NCBI GenBank assembly: GCA_963733055.1
Contig: CAVTBR010000001.1
Coordinates: 1,376,001-1,440,000 of the forward strand
Source: Candidatus Bathyarchaeota archaeon
GTDB lineage: Archaea; Thermoproteota; Bathyarchaeia; 40CM-2-53-6
Length of the DNA stretch: 64,000 nucleotides
Direction of reading: 5' to 3'
Shown here: one piece after another, positions 21,001 through 31,865 of the stretch
Position numbering within the stretch: the stretch's first letter is position 1
Layout: every line of letters begins with the position of its first letter
Notes under the pieces: model-generated
What the model saw: only the letters and a program-made list of their open reading frames with translations
Database searches by the model: none
What the model was told of the DNA's origin: nothing
Position numbers and translations under genes: made by a program

Positions 21001-21296
21001 AGAAACCAAACATCTTAGATTACTTGCTTGAGGGTAAGATCAAACTTGTCATCAACATACCGAGCAACAGTGAAGGTGTGCTTAACGAAGGCATCCGAGA
21101 GGACGAATATGCGATTCGGCGTTTGGCCGTAGAACATAACATTCCCGTCGTAACAACGTTCGAGCTTGCGACCGCTATAGTTGAGGCATTGCAGTATTCG
21201 AAGTTCCAAGAACCTGAAGTCTTAGCCTTGACCGACTATGTTAACGAGAGCGTGACCAAAGATCGCGCGAAGACCGCAGTTCTTGGAATGACTTGA
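18000..21296 (+). CDS. carB: Carbamoyl-phosphate synthase large subunit
   Basis: GSGAIKIGEAAEFDYSGSQ, two ATP-grasp halves, NCNPETVSTD, C-terminal MGS domain. Confidence 0.97.
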   Translation: MPRHDWIRKTLVLGSGAIKIGEAAEFDYSGSQCLKALREEEIETVLVNPNIATIQTDPKPGTRVYLLPVTPEYVERVIQKEKPDSILLSFGGQTALNCGVELAKRGILEKYGVRVLGTPIQTIRDTEDRELFKQAMLRSSTPIPRSATADSVAKCLAEASKIGYPVILRVAYALGGKGSAVVWNEEEMKKAAEPALAQSIIKQVLVEEFLYHWKEIEYEVVRDSADNCITVCNMENFDPMGIHTGDSIVVAPSQTLTNREYHLLRSASIKAIRSLGVVGECNIQWALDPDSDAIRAIEVNARMSRSSALASKATGYPLAYIATKLAIGYTLPELWNKITNVTTACFEPALDYVVVKIPRWDLAKFRRVDPHLGPQMKSVGEVMGIGRCFEEAIQKAVRMLDVGKLGIACYNENADYSKDEIRERLSRPADERLLVIVNALKNGFSIEEIRELTGIDPWFLNKILNIMETEDELRASSLENEHGAQLVRRAKVLGFSDVQVANCLNSDEFTVREYRIKNSINPVVKQIDTLAAEWPARTNYLYLTYGGEDDEIEFQLRKKAIVLGAGVFRIGSSVEFDWSAVTAIQALKENGIEETIMINCNPETVSTDYDSCDKLYFEEITLEHVLDIYEKEMPEGVLVSVGGQIANNLAPKLAKHGVRILGSGSRTIDRAEDRAKFSSLLDRLGIPQPSWKKATTVLACKRFAKEFGYPVIVRPSYVLSGSAMRIADDEKQLEAYLQLAASVSPEHPVVISKFVSDAREVEVDGVCDGTNVLLSPVMEHIENAGIHSGDATISIPAKTLLPNIVDKVYDYSQKIAEGLGIRGPFNIQYLAKGDTVYVIECNARASRSMPYVSKSTGTNLIREAVPLMLGKKKLANSTGIAKAGFQYYSVKVPQFSFVRLTGADPVTGVEMMSTGEVACIGRNFPDALTKALESSEISLPKSGGVLITVGGAELKNRILPLSIALASLGFELYATEHTAMTLHEAGLRKVTSLHKVGEPKEKPNILDYLLEGKIKLVINIPSNSEGVLNEGIREDEYAIRRLAVEHNIPVVTTFELATAIVEALQYSKFQEPEVLALTDYVNESVTKDRAKTAVLGMT

Positions 21297-21306
21297 GTGA
21301 GCTTCG

Positions 21307-22464
21307 TCAGCTAGTTTCATTTTTCTTCCATTCCTCCGCTAATCGCACACGTTTGGAGGATGGAGGATGAGTATAGAAGAATAGTTCAACGAGTCGGCTC
21401 GGTGAGTCAACGGAGAGGCTCATGTCAGCGAGTCGCCTCTCTGATGATGCTTGGGCTTCAGAGTCATTAGCTGCCTTGAGTGCGAACTCATCCGCTTTGC
21501 GCTCCACGATTCGAGACAACCAGTTAGTCAGAGGTTGAAGTACGAAGCCAACTCCTATCAAGGCTGCGAAGACTATCGGAACGCCCGCCGGGTCCAGGAT
21601 ACTGGGTAAGCCGTGGGTGGCTACCGCGGATTTGAGTACATAGTCGGCAACGTAGAACGGTGGAATAACGGCGAGGCCTGAGACTAGCGCCTCTTTCCAA
21701 ATATCTTTGTTCACGTAATGCCCAAGCTCGTGCGCCACAACTGTGGTGATTTCTCGGTGTGTGAAATTATTCAGGAGGGTATCGAAGAGTACTATGGATC
21801 TGCTTTTTCCAACGCCTGAGAAGAACGCGTTTGCTCTTATCGACCTCCGACTCTCATCTGCTACGAGCACACGGTCGACGTTATGAGCTCCAAATTTCTT
21901 GCTCATTTGGAGTAAGCTCTCTTTCAAGTCCATGTCAGAGAGGGGACTGACTTTGTAGAAGATTGGTAGGATAACAAACGGAAGGATGATGGAGAGTAGG
22001 ATGGAGAAGATGGCAAAGATTGCGGCTGCAGCAATCCACCATAGCTGTAGGTTTCCGATTAGGTAGTAGAGAACCGACCCCGCCAATATTCCGAAAACCA
22101 GTTCGACTCCGAGCCCCTTCAACTCATCAACAACCCAACCTTGTAGATTCTGAGTTGACAACTTGAACCTGTGATCTATGATGTATCCCGAGTAGAAGGA
22201 AAGCGGCATTGCTATGAGCTGAAGCATGATGAAAAAGAAGAGAAGATACAACCATAGAGAGATCCAGTAAGAGCCGGTCACAGAATTCAGCCACCCGCTC
22301 AGTAGATACGAGCCACCGGTCAAGAATAGGATAGCACAGAACGCGAGCGAAAATAGAGCGCCGTTTACTAAGTCTAGTATCAGTTTTACACTTTCATAAT
22401 TCTTTGCAATGGACCGCTTCGTTGCGTCGTATTGGTAATTCTCTTGAGGTTCTGTCCTTTGCAA
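21307..22464 (-). CDS. M48 family zinc metalloprotease (Ste24/CAAX protease-like)
   Basis: ANAFFSG, HELGH, ERKADEFA, YTHPP and N-terminal TM helices. Confidence 0.92.
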   Translation of the reverse strand: MQRTEPQENYQYDATKRSIAKNYESVKLILDLVNGALFSLAFCAILFLTGGSYLLSGWLNSVTGSYWISLWLYLLFFFIMLQLIAMPLSFYSGYIIDHRFKLSTQNLQGWVVDELKGLGVELVFGILAGSVLYYLIGNLQLWWIAAAAIFAIFSILLSIILPFVILPIFYKVSPLSDMDLKESLLQMSKKFGAHNVDRVLVADESRRSIRANAFFSGVGKSRSIVLFDTLLNNFTHREITTVVAHELGHYVNKDIWKEALVSGLAVIPPFYVADYVLKSAVATHGLPSILDPAGVPIVFAALIGVGFVLQPLTNWLSRIVERKADEFALKAANDSEAQASSERRLADMSLSVDSPSRLVELFFYTHPPSSKRVRLAEEWKKNETS

Positions 22465-22566
22465 CTGGGTCCACCTTGTGATTTGATGAGAAGCCAGGAG
22501 GGAGCCTATCGTACATAAATGCAGGCCTCTAAGCCCGAGAAAATCAGGAGCGTGCCGTTGTTAGGT

Positions 22567-22647
22567 TTATCCTGTCTGGGCGTGACCGCCAGGAGGAGGC
22601 TTCTCTACTTTCTTCTTTGGCTTACGGACCATCTTAGGGTTGCCCAT
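22567..22647 (-). CDS. Candidate 26-aa basic small protein MGNPKMVRKPKKKVEKPPPGGHAQTG
   Basis: Read manually; below the ORF-track cutoff; TATA-like TTTTTTATG about 30-40 nt upstream. Confidence 0.35.
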   Translation of the reverse strand: MGNPKMVRKPKKKVEKPPPGGHAQTG

Positions 22648-22757
22648 TCTAATCTATCAGTACATTGTGACAGAGCACATAAAAAACGAATTGGCCTTCA
22701 TGAGCTGGATGGGGGTGGGCTTGGGGCAGGCTCTGGCACCTGAGGATGAGTGTGGAA

Positions 22758-23225
22758 CTATGGAGTGGTTGGCGTGGGGGTGAATGTGTATTCTTGTGCG
22801 GGTTGATTTCCGCTCGAAATCGTGTAAGTTATCTTCAGCTTGACATCGTCCTTCATCATTGCGTGCACAGGACAGTACTTCTCCTGCGACAACCGTATGG
22901 CTCGTTCCACAGCATCCTTTCTTAACTCAGGGCCGGAAAGAGAGTATCTCATGTCGATACTCTCGTAATACCTCGGATCTTCGTCGCGCCGAACACCGCT
23001 GACGGCCATATCGAATTTGTCCACCTTCTGACGTTGCCTATCCAAGATCCACTGTACGTCCATCGCGGTGCAGCCCGCTAGCGCAACCAGGAAGAGTTCC
23101 ATCGGCTTGAATGCTTGTCCCATCTCATCAGAAGAGTCTAGTTGAATTGTCCGGCCGTCCACTTTCACGTTGAACTTCAATGCTTCAGAATGATGGAGTT
23201 CCGCTGAGACTTGATCGCTTGTCAC
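22758..23225 (-). CDS. OsmC/YhfA family protein
   Basis: PMELFLVALAGCTAMDV and LSQEKYCPV two-Cys motifs. Confidence 0.92.
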   Translation of the reverse strand: MTSDQVSAELHHSEALKFNVKVDGRTIQLDSSDEMGQAFKPMELFLVALAGCTAMDVQWILDRQRQKVDKFDMAVSGVRRDEDPRYYESIDMRYSLSGPELRKDAVERAIRLSQEKYCPVHAMMKDDVKLKITYTISSGNQPAQEYTFTPTPTTP

Positions 23226-23309
23226 GGCTTATCTACGTTGCATGTTTCCACGACGTAGGCTTTTATTCCTCGCTATCGTTGATTCGGCGCTACCAGAGAG
23301 AGTTGTTTC

Positions 23310-23810
23310 TTGAAAGGCGATGATCTGGAAAGGTTTAGCGTTTACCGCTTCTACATAGACTACCCGCCAGTCTGTCGATTCGAATTCAACCCGAAGACCC
23401 GCCGCGAAAAAGGGGACATAGTCATACACTTCCCGGATAAGCAGAAGGTATTTCTCTCTTGGGGAGACCTCGCGGTCGTGAAGAAGAAATTCCAAACCGC
23501 CAACGAGTTTGCCGCCCATAGCATCAAATCAATGGCGAAGAGCCGCAACGTATCAAAGACGGATAAGATGGAGGAGAAAACGCTACGCGTCAGTGGGCAC
23601 GAGGCGTTCTATAACAAGGTGCGATTTCACGAAACCCCCATGGGGATCTTTGCCAGGGGCAAAGGAGTCGCTCGCGTGACCTGCTCCGTCCACCTCTTCT
23701 GCGAACAATCCTCACATTACTTCGTTATCTACGCGCTCCTCACACCTAGCGCCCCCGAAGATTTCCCCGAACTATTCCTAACCATGGTGGACTCGTTCCA
23801 CTGCCACTAA
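23310..23810 (+). CDS. Hypothetical protein
   Basis: 166-aa ORF divergent from osmC; no family recognised. Confidence 0.65.
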   Translation: MKGDDLERFSVYRFYIDYPPVCRFEFNPKTRREKGDIVIHFPDKQKVFLSWGDLAVVKKKFQTANEFAAHSIKSMAKSRNVSKTDKMEEKTLRVSGHEAFYNKVRFHETPMGIFARGKGVARVTCSVHLFCEQSSHYFVIYALLTPSAPEDFPELFLTMVDSFHCH

Positions 23811-24090
23811 GCCTTCAGCGAATTAGTACGCGATCAAACTCGGGCCGGATGATTTGGTAGAGGCAGTTTGGTAAGCTAGAACAGTGGTTGGGTTAGCATC
23901 AAATGAACTTATTAGGCCCAGCAGACGTAACTTACATGTAGGGCGCCTTCCGGCTGAATAGGCGTCGATCGCGTTCGGGTCGTATTTAGCGGAGCCTTTA
24001 GCTCGCTCTGAAACTTTATTAGCGTGGCTCCGAATGTTTGCTGGGAAAGTTTCTGAAGCTCCGGGTCCGGGCGGAATGAACCTTTTCTCC

Positions 24091-24363
24091 GTGGAGAAAT
24101 CCTCGTTTGAAGAAGAAAGAAGAAAAAGAGAGATCATACAATATTTTGCGCACCAATTCGTCCCCAAACATGAACTGCTTTCAAAGAAGGATGCGGAGGA
24201 ATTGATGCACGAGTTCCATATTCGTCCTCATCAACTCCCATACATCAAGACCAACGACCCCGCGGCGGAGACGCTTGGTGCAAAGATGGGAGACATTCTC
24301 CGAATAACGCGCAAGAGCGCTACAGCCGGGGAAGTTATCGTTTACCGTTACGTTGTCGATTAA
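24091..24363 (+). CDS. rpoH: RNA polymerase subunit H (Rpo5)
   Basis: HQFVPKHELL, QLPYIKTNDP, RKSATAGEVIVYRYV; start uncertain (frame open from 24034). Confidence 0.95.
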   Translation: MEKSSFEEERRKREIIQYFAHQFVPKHELLSKKDAEELMHEFHIRPHQLPYIKTNDPAAETLGAKMGDILRITRKSATAGEVIVYRYVVD

Positions 24364-24372
24364 GGTGGAATT

Positions 24373-27300
24373 TTGTCACAACAAGCAACCGCAACCGTGA
24401 GCCCTGCGATCTGGGAGCTGATCAAGCACTTCCTAGACGAGAAGGGGCTGGTCAGACAGCATGTCGACTCCTACAACGAGTTTATTGAAAGTGGCTTGCA
24501 AGCCATAGTCGACGAAACCGGCGAGATACCGATTGAGATTGAAGACTACCCGCTGAAAATCAAGCTCGGCAAAATAGAAATCGGAACACCCCGCGTAACC
24601 GAAGTAGACGGATCCGAACGCCAAATCTTTCCAACAGAAGCTAGGATACGGAACCTAACCTACGCCGCCCCACTCCACGTGGAAATGACCCCTATAATCG
24701 GGGAGAGGGAAGGGCAAACAGAGATCGTTTACATCGGCGACTTTCCAGTCATGCTTCGCTCCAAGATCTGCCCCCTGTCACGCATGACCGCCGAGGAACT
24801 CATCAGCATAGGAGAGGACCCGATCGATCCAGGTGGATATTTCATAGTCAACGGCGCCGAGCGAGTCGTGGTCGCGCTCGAAGACCTCGCCGCCAACAGG
24901 ATTCTGGTCGACAAAGAACAGACCGGCGTTCATCCAACCTACAAGGCGAAAATCTTCTCAACGACCGTAGGCTTCAGGGCACGCACAGAAGTGACGCTGA
25001 AGACTGATGGAGCCATTTACATAACAATGCCAGGCGTACCCTCAGACGTCCCCCTAGTCGTCATGATGAAGGCGCTCGGGTACGAAGAGGACGCGAAGAT
25101 CGCTGAAATGATTTCCAGCGACGAGCTACTACAAAACCAACTCGCCAACACATTCGAGAAGTCAGTCGGCGTAGTAACCCAAAGGGACGCGTTACTGTAC
25201 ATTGGTAACAGACTGGCACCAGGCCAGGTTGAAGAGTACAGGCTCAAGAAGGCTGAGGCATCGGTAGATAGAAACTTCTTACCCCACATAGGCCGCAACC
25301 CCGAAGAGAGGAAAGAGAAAGCCGCTTGCCTCGCCGAGGTTGGCGTTAGAGTTATTGAGCTTAAGCTCGGTATGCGTGAACCCGACGACAAGGACCATTA
25401 CGCTAACAAGAGGCTGAAGCTCGCAGGGTCTCTCCTCGCCGAACTCTTTCGAATTTCATTCAGAAACCTAATTCGCGACCTCAAGTACCAACTCAAGCGA
25501 ATAACGATCCGCAGACACGCTGAACTCTCAATCAGTAACGCAATTCGGCCGGGAATTATTACCGAACGCATTCAGCATGCCATCGCAACCGGCAATTGGG
25601 TCCGCGGACGTGTCGGAGTAACTCAACTTCTTGACAGGACTAACTATTCTTCAACGCTCAGCCATTTACGCAGGCTTCAATCGCCACTTAGCAGGAGCCA
25701 GCCGAACCTCGAAGCCCGCGACCTTCACCCAACCCACTGGGGACGGCTATGCCCAAGCGAAACCCCTGAAGGGTCGAACTGCGGCTTAGTCAAGAACCTA
25801 GCTTTGAGCGCGGTCATCTCCGTTGGAGTTGATTCGCGGGAATTCGTTTCCAAGCTGCGGCGGATGGGTGTGGTTGGTGTTGATGAAGCTGATGGCAAAC
25901 TCCGTGCGGCGGGAGCGAAAGTCTTCGTTGACGGGTTGATTGCTGGTTATGTTCGTGAAGCGGACAAGATGGCGCAAGAACTCATTCGATTGCGGCGCAC
26001 CGGCGAGATCAGCTCCGAGGTTAACATAGCGTTCACCTTGCCCCAAGTTGAGAATGGAAGATCTGAGCTGTACGTTAACTGCGACCAGGGCCGTGTGCGG
26101 CGTCCCGCAATAGTTATTGAAAACTCGAAACCAAAACTCACCCGTGAACAGGTTGAAGCGATTCAACGGGGTGAGATGCGGTGGAGTGACCTAATCGAAC
26201 GAGGCGTTGTCGAATACTTGGACGCGGAGGAGGAAGAGAACGCGCTTATCGCGCCGTCCCCAAGCCGCATCAATGAAAAGACAACGCACGTTGAAATTGC
26301 CCCATATACAATCCTCGGAATCGCCGCCTCCCTAATCCCCTACCCAGAACACAACCAATCCCCACGCAATGCCTACGAATCCGCCATGGCCAAGCAGGCA
26401 CTAGGCGTGTACGCGGTCAACTACGCGAACCGAACCGACTCGCGAGCCCACATCCTACACTATCCACAAGTCCCCGTAGTTCGAACCAAACCCATGGACA
26501 TCATAAAATATGATACCAGGCCCGCCGGCCAAAACTGCGTCCTCGCGGTCCTGTGCTACCAAGGATACAACATGGAAGACGCGATCATAATTAACAAATC
26601 ATCCGTCGACCACGGCCTCTTCAGATCCAGCTTCTACCGAGTCTACGAAGGCGAATGCAGACAATATCTCGGAGGTCTTCGCGACAAGTTCGAAGTACCC
26701 GAGGCAGGAATACGCGGCTACCGCGGCGACCGATATTACCGGCTTCTTGAAGAGGATGGAGTCATCTCGGTCGAGTCGGAAGTTACTGGTAACAGCGTTC
26801 TGATTGGGCGGACCAGCCCACCAAGATTTCTCGAAGAATATCGTGAATTCGAAGTTAAAGGCCCCACGAAACGGGATTCATCCGTAGGAATGCGTCCCTC
26901 AGAGGAAGGAATCATTGACGCCGTCTTTCTCAGCGAATCGATCGAAGGCAACCGCCTCGTCAAAGTCAGGGTCCGAGACACGCGAATACCCGAGCTCGGG
27001 GACAAGTTCGCTTCCAGGCACGGACAGAAAGGCGTCATCGGCACTTTGATTCCGCAAGAGAACATGCCGTTCACAGAACAGGGAATCGTCCCCGACGTCA
27101 TCATCAACCCTCACGCAATCCCATCACGCATGACCATCGGCCAATTCGTTGAAGCGGTTGCGGGCAAGGTAGCAAGTTTGCGCGGCGAACCGGTAGACGG
27201 AACCGCATTCAGTAACGAAGGGCCGGGAGTTTTGCGCGAGTCATTACTTGAGCTCGGCTTCCAGCACAGCGGACGGGAAGTAATGTACAACGGGGTAGAC

Positions 27301-27735
27301 GGAAGAAAACTGGTAGCTGACATTTTCATCGGCGTCGTCTACTACCAGAAACTCCACCACATGGTAGCAGACAAAATGCACGCACGGGCCCGCGGCCAAG
27401 TTCAGATGCTAACCCGCCAACCAACCGAAGGGCGCGCAAGGGGCGGGGGTCTGAGGTTCGGCGAAATGGAGCGCGACTGCCTCATCGGCCACGGCGCATC
27501 GGCGCTATTGAGAGATAGGCTGCTCGAGGAGTCGGACAAGTACATGGTAATGGTCTGCGAAACCTGCGGCCTACTCGCGTACCACGACGTGAAACAGAAC
27601 AAGTACATCTGCCGAATCGATGGGGACAAAGCTGTAGTCTCGCCAGTTCAACTCTCATACGCATTCAAACTTCTATTACAAGAACTGATGGCGCTGGGAA
27701 TCGCGCCGCGACTAGAAGTTTCGGAGCGCGCATAA
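24373..27735 (+). CDS. rpoB: RNA polymerase subunit B (Rpo2, unsplit)
   Basis: GGYFIVNGAE, ETPEGSNCGLVKNL, GDKFASRHGQKG, RFGEMERDC in a single 1120-aa ORF. Confidence 0.98.
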   Translation: MSQQATATVSPAIWELIKHFLDEKGLVRQHVDSYNEFIESGLQAIVDETGEIPIEIEDYPLKIKLGKIEIGTPRVTEVDGSERQIFPTEARIRNLTYAAPLHVEMTPIIGEREGQTEIVYIGDFPVMLRSKICPLSRMTAEELISIGEDPIDPGGYFIVNGAERVVVALEDLAANRILVDKEQTGVHPTYKAKIFSTTVGFRARTEVTLKTDGAIYITMPGVPSDVPLVVMMKALGYEEDAKIAEMISSDELLQNQLANTFEKSVGVVTQRDALLYIGNRLAPGQVEEYRLKKAEASVDRNFLPHIGRNPEERKEKAACLAEVGVRVIELKLGMREPDDKDHYANKRLKLAGSLLAELFRISFRNLIRDLKYQLKRITIRRHAELSISNAIRPGIITERIQHAIATGNWVRGRVGVTQLLDRTNYSSTLSHLRRLQSPLSRSQPNLEARDLHPTHWGRLCPSETPEGSNCGLVKNLALSAVISVGVDSREFVSKLRRMGVVGVDEADGKLRAAGAKVFVDGLIAGYVREADKMAQELIRLRRTGEISSEVNIAFTLPQVENGRSELYVNCDQGRVRRPAIVIENSKPKLTREQVEAIQRGEMRWSDLIERGVVEYLDAEEEENALIAPSPSRINEKTTHVEIAPYTILGIAASLIPYPEHNQSPRNAYESAMAKQALGVYAVNYANRTDSRAHILHYPQVPVVRTKPMDIIKYDTRPAGQNCVLAVLCYQGYNMEDAIIINKSSVDHGLFRSSFYRVYEGECRQYLGGLRDKFEVPEAGIRGYRGDRYYRLLEEDGVISVESEVTGNSVLIGRTSPPRFLEEYREFEVKGPTKRDSSVGMRPSEEGIIDAVFLSESIEGNRLVKVRVRDTRIPELGDKFASRHGQKGVIGTLIPQENMPFTEQGIVPDVIINPHAIPSRMTIGQFVEAVAGKVASLRGEPVDGTAFSNEGPGVLRESLLELGFQHSGREVMYNGVDGRKLVADIFIGVVYYQKLHHMVADKMHARARGQVQMLTRQPTEGRARGGGLRFGEMERDCLIGHGASALLRDRLLEESDKYMVMVCETCGLLAYHDVKQNKYICRIDGDKAVVSPVQLSYAFKLLLQELMALGIAPRLEVSERA

Positions 27736-27736
27736 A

Positions 27737-30700
27737 ATGGCAATAGCGGAAGAAGCGACTAAAGTAATCGGCAGCATACACTTCACCCTCATCTCCCCAA
27801 GCGACATCAGGAAACTATCAGCGGTAGAAATTCAGACGGCAGACACCTACGATGAAGACGGCGTCCCAATCGTATCCGGGTTGATGGATGGGCGACTGGG
27901 AACTCTGGAACCTCGCCAGAAATGCAAGACCTGCGGCAACACCGCATCCGCCTGCCCAGGACACTTTGGCCACATCGAACTCGCCGAACCCGTAGTTCAC
28001 GTAGCCTTCGCAAAGCTACTTCACAAACTTCTACAAGTAACATGCCGAAATTGCGGCCGCGTCCTCCTCTCCCGGAAAAGATCAAAGCGTACAACGAACG
28101 AATGCAGCGAGAGCAGAGGCAACTGGACGAGATCCCTCACACATTCTACGAAGCCGTCATTAAAGATGCGAAGAAGAGCCAGGAATGTCCACACTGCGGC
28201 GCAAGACAAAACCCGATCGAACACGCCAAACCCACTACATTCCACGAAATGGTAGAAGGCGGCGCAGCGAGGCTCAACCCAAGCCAGATCAGAGAACGCC
28301 TTGAACGCATCCCCGACGACGACCTAAGACTAGTCGGAATGGAACCAACCGCAGCACGCCCCGAGTGGATGATCCTTCAAGTTCTCCCAGTCCCAGCCGT
28401 AACCGTCCGGCCGTCAATCACACTCGAATCCGGCATCAGATCCGAAGACGACCTCACCCACAAACTCGTTGACATAATCCGAATCAACCAAAAGTTGAAA
28501 GAAGCATTAGAGTCCGGCGTACCGGTCAACATAATTCAGGAACTCCACGAACTCCTGCAATACCACGTAACCACCTACTTCGATAACGAAGTCTCAGGCC
28601 TACCCCCAGCCCGCCACAGATCAGGCCGCACCCTGAAAACCCTGAGCCAGCGGCTCAAGGGCAAGGAGGGCAGGTTCAGGGGCAACCTCTCAGGAAAACG
28701 CGTCGACTTCTCAGCGAGGACCGTCATCTCCCCCGACCCCAACATCGACATAAACGAAGTCGGCGTCCCACTCGACGTGGCTCAACGCCTCACAATCCCT
28801 GAACGAGTAACCCCCTGGAACATAGAAGAACTCAAGCAGTTGATCAGAAACGGCCCTGACCAATACCCGGGCGCTCTGTACATCGTTAGGCCCGACGGGC
28901 GAAGAGTGCGACTAGAATTCGTAACCGAACGAGAAGGCCTAGCCGACGGGATTCAGGCGGGCTTCATTGTTGAGCGGCACATCAGGGACGGAGACATCGT
29001 CCTCTTCAACCGCCAACCATCCCTCCACCGAATGTCCATAATGGCCCACACCGTGAAAGTACTCCCATACAAGACCTTCAGACTCAACCCATGCGTCTGC
29101 CCACCATACAACGCAGACTTCGACGGAGACGAAATGAACCTCCACGTACCACAGGGCGAAGAAGCCAGAACCGAAGCAAAACTGCTCATGCAAGTGCAAG
29201 ACCAGATCCTGTCCCCACGCTACGGCGGACCAATCATCGGTGCGAAAACCGACCTTCTCACCGCAGCCTACCTCCTAACCAGAAAGTCAACGTTTCTCGA
29301 CAAAGATGAAGTTGGAAAACTGTGTGTCGCCGCAGGCTTCCGCGGCGAGCTACCGCCTCCGGAAATCAAACGCCCAACTGAGCTGTGGAGTGGAAAGCAA
29401 ATCTTCAGTCTCTTCCTTCCCGAAGGTTTCAGCTTCGTGGCCAAATCAAGCATGGTCACTCAGGAAGATGGCGCTTCGGTTGTCGTTAGGGATGGGGAGC
29501 TGGTTGAAGGGGTCATTGACAAGAATACGATCGGTGCAGAACGCTCCGAAACGCTCTTTCACCGCATCGTCAAGGACAGCGGCTCCGAGCCAGGCCGCAT
29601 CTTTCTGAACGGGCTCATCAAACTACTGGACCGTTTCATAACCCTCAGAGGGTTCACGTACGGAATCGACGAGCTTGACCTCTCAGAGAGCGTCCGGGAC
29701 AAGATAGCCAAGTCCATCAAACGAGCCGAAGAACGTGTTCAAGAGCTCATAGCTCACTACAAGAAAGGAACCCTCGACCGACTACCGGGACGGTCAATGG
29801 AAGAGTCACTAGAACTTCGCATCATGGACGAACTCTCCAAAGCACGCGACCAAGCCGGGGAACTGGCTGAGCAATACCTGAAAACAGAAACCGACAACGC
29901 AGGTGTTATCATGACCAAGACCGGTGCTCGCGGGTCGATGCTGAACATCGCCCAGATGGTTGCAAGTGTGGGACAGCAATCTATTCGCGGCCAACGAATT
30001 AGGCGAGGGTACCGGGATCGTGCCTTATCCTTCTTCGAGAGGGGAGACGTAGGCGCGGAAGCACGCGGTTTCGTTTACAATGCATACCAAGACGGCCTCA
30101 CCCCAGTCGAATTCTTCTTCCACTCCATGGGAGGACGGGAAGGCCTCGTAGACACAGCCGTCCGAACACAACAGAGCGGCTACATGCAAAGACGCCTAAT
30201 CAACGCCCTCGAACATATCCGCGTAGAATACGACGGCACCGTACGCGACTCGAGGGGAGACATTATACAATTCCGCTACGGCGAAGACGGAGTCGACACA
30301 GCAAAAAGCGACCACGGCAAAGCCGTCAACACGGAACGCCTGGTCGAGCGCGTCGAACTCACGGCCGAGAAAGGAGCTAAAGCTAGCAAGCCTTACGTCG
30401 AGAAGAAAGTTTCCGACGTAAGAAAAGACCTCACTCCAAGCCTCACGGCCCAACTCAAGTCTAGTTTGCTGGAACGTAAGCTAACCAAGAAGGGCGTCGA
30501 TGCGGCTGTTAAGGAGGCGGTTAAGAACTACCGCAAATCCATGATTGAACCAGGTGAAGCCGCCGGCATCGTCTCAGCCCAATCCATCGGCGAACCAGGC
30601 ACACAGATGACACTAAGAACATTCCACTTCGCAGGCGTCAGGGAACAAAACGTCACTCTCGGACTCCCACGCCTAATCGAGATCGTGGACGCAAGAAAAA

Positions 30701-31548
30701 TCCCATCCACACCCATGATGGTCGTCTTCCTAGACAAGAAACACCGAACTAGCCGCGAAAAGGCTCAGGAGGTCGCGACCAACATCACTCACACGACTTT
30801 GGGTGATATCGCTTCAAGCCTCGAATCCGACATCACCAAGATGCGAATAGTGGTTACGTTAAACAATGAAGCGATGAGAGAGCGAGAGGTAAATCTCAAG
30901 GACATCAAGGAAGCAGTGACACCGGGTGGTTGCAAGGTCGAAGTCGAAAGGAACACGGTGCACATAACGCCCCAGGAAATGGAGATCGCACAATTCAACC
31001 GCCTAGTTCTCCGCCTCCCACTCATGCACGTGAAAGGCATCCCACAAGTGAAACGAGCACTCGTCATGGAAGAGAAAACCGCAGACAAAAGCGAGTGGGT
31101 AATCAGAACCGAAGGTTCCAACCTAGAACTAACGCTTGAAACAGAAGGCGTAGACCCCGCCCGAACCACAACAAACAACATGCATGAAGTAGCCGAAGTA
31201 CTCGGAATCGAAGCGGCAAGAAACGTCATCATGAAAGAAGCCACGGCGGTACTCAAGGAACAGGGGTTGGACGTAGACGTACGCCACGTAATGCTCGTAG
31301 CCGACGCCATGACAGCCTCGGGAGAAGTTTTGCAGGTAGGAAGACATGGGGTCAGCGGCGAGAAAGCAAGCACCCTAGCCAAAGCAGCATTCGAGATCAC
31401 CATCCCAACCATAGTTGACGCAGCAATCAAGGGAACACGCGACACACTCCGAGGCGTTGCGGAAAATGTTATAGTAGGACAACAAGTGCCCATGGGAACA
31501 GGCCTCATCGAAGTCTACATGGCAATGCCAGAGAAGGGCAAGAAGTAA
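27737..31548 (+). CDS. rpoA: RNA polymerase largest subunit (Rpo1, A' and A'' fused); apparent 1-nt deletion near 28071-28073
   Basis: CPGHFGHIEL in the first frame; NADFDGDEMN, YGEDG, QSIGEPGTQMTLRTFH and ENVIVGQ in the second; adding one C to the CCC run restores RVLLSPEKIKAY. Confidence 0.95.
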
Positions 31549-31862
31549 TGCAATCCTCAAAGATAGACGTGAACAAACAACTCCAGATAGTCGTAAGATC
31601 CGGCAAAGTCGCGTTAGGCATCAAGGAAGCCCTAGACGCGGCACGATTCGCAAAAGCCAAACTCCTGATCCTAGCCTCCAACTGCCCTTCTCGAAACAGG
31701 ATGGAGATCGTTAACTACGCGAAACAGTCGGGGGTTCCAATCTTCGAATACCCAGGAACAAGCGTAGACCTGGGTGGCGCGTGCCTGAAACGCTTCGTCG
31801 TAGCCGCGCTAACCATAAAGGAACCTGGAGACTCTGAGATACTCAAACTAGCCGAGCGCTAA
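31548..31862 (+). CDS. rpl30e: Large ribosomal subunit protein eL30
   Basis: SGKVALG, KLLILASNCP, GTSVDLGGAC, PGDSEIL; canonical position after rpoA. Confidence 0.95.
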   Translation: MQSSKIDVNKQLQIVVRSGKVALGIKEALDAARFAKAKLLILASNCPSRNRMEIVNYAKQSGVPIFEYPGTSVDLGGACLKRFVVAALTIKEPGDSEILKLAER

Positions 31863-31865
31863 CCC

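Noticed and set aside
23811-24090. Intergenic stretches (also 37110-37345, 44045-44365, 55970-56320) inspected for SRP RNA, RNase P RNA or C/D-box sRNAs
   Set aside because: No convincing conserved boxes or helices by eye; an Rfam/Infernal scan would be needed
27737-28255. Separate 172-aa ORF suggesting a novel split of RpoA
   Set aside because: The break falls inside the zinc-binding clamp region at a C run, and one added base restores the protein; likely a sequence error
30789-31508. Long antisense ORFs (this one and many others opposite carB, rpoB and the ALDH gene)
   Set aside because: Shadow frames of well-supported genes with no motifs of their own
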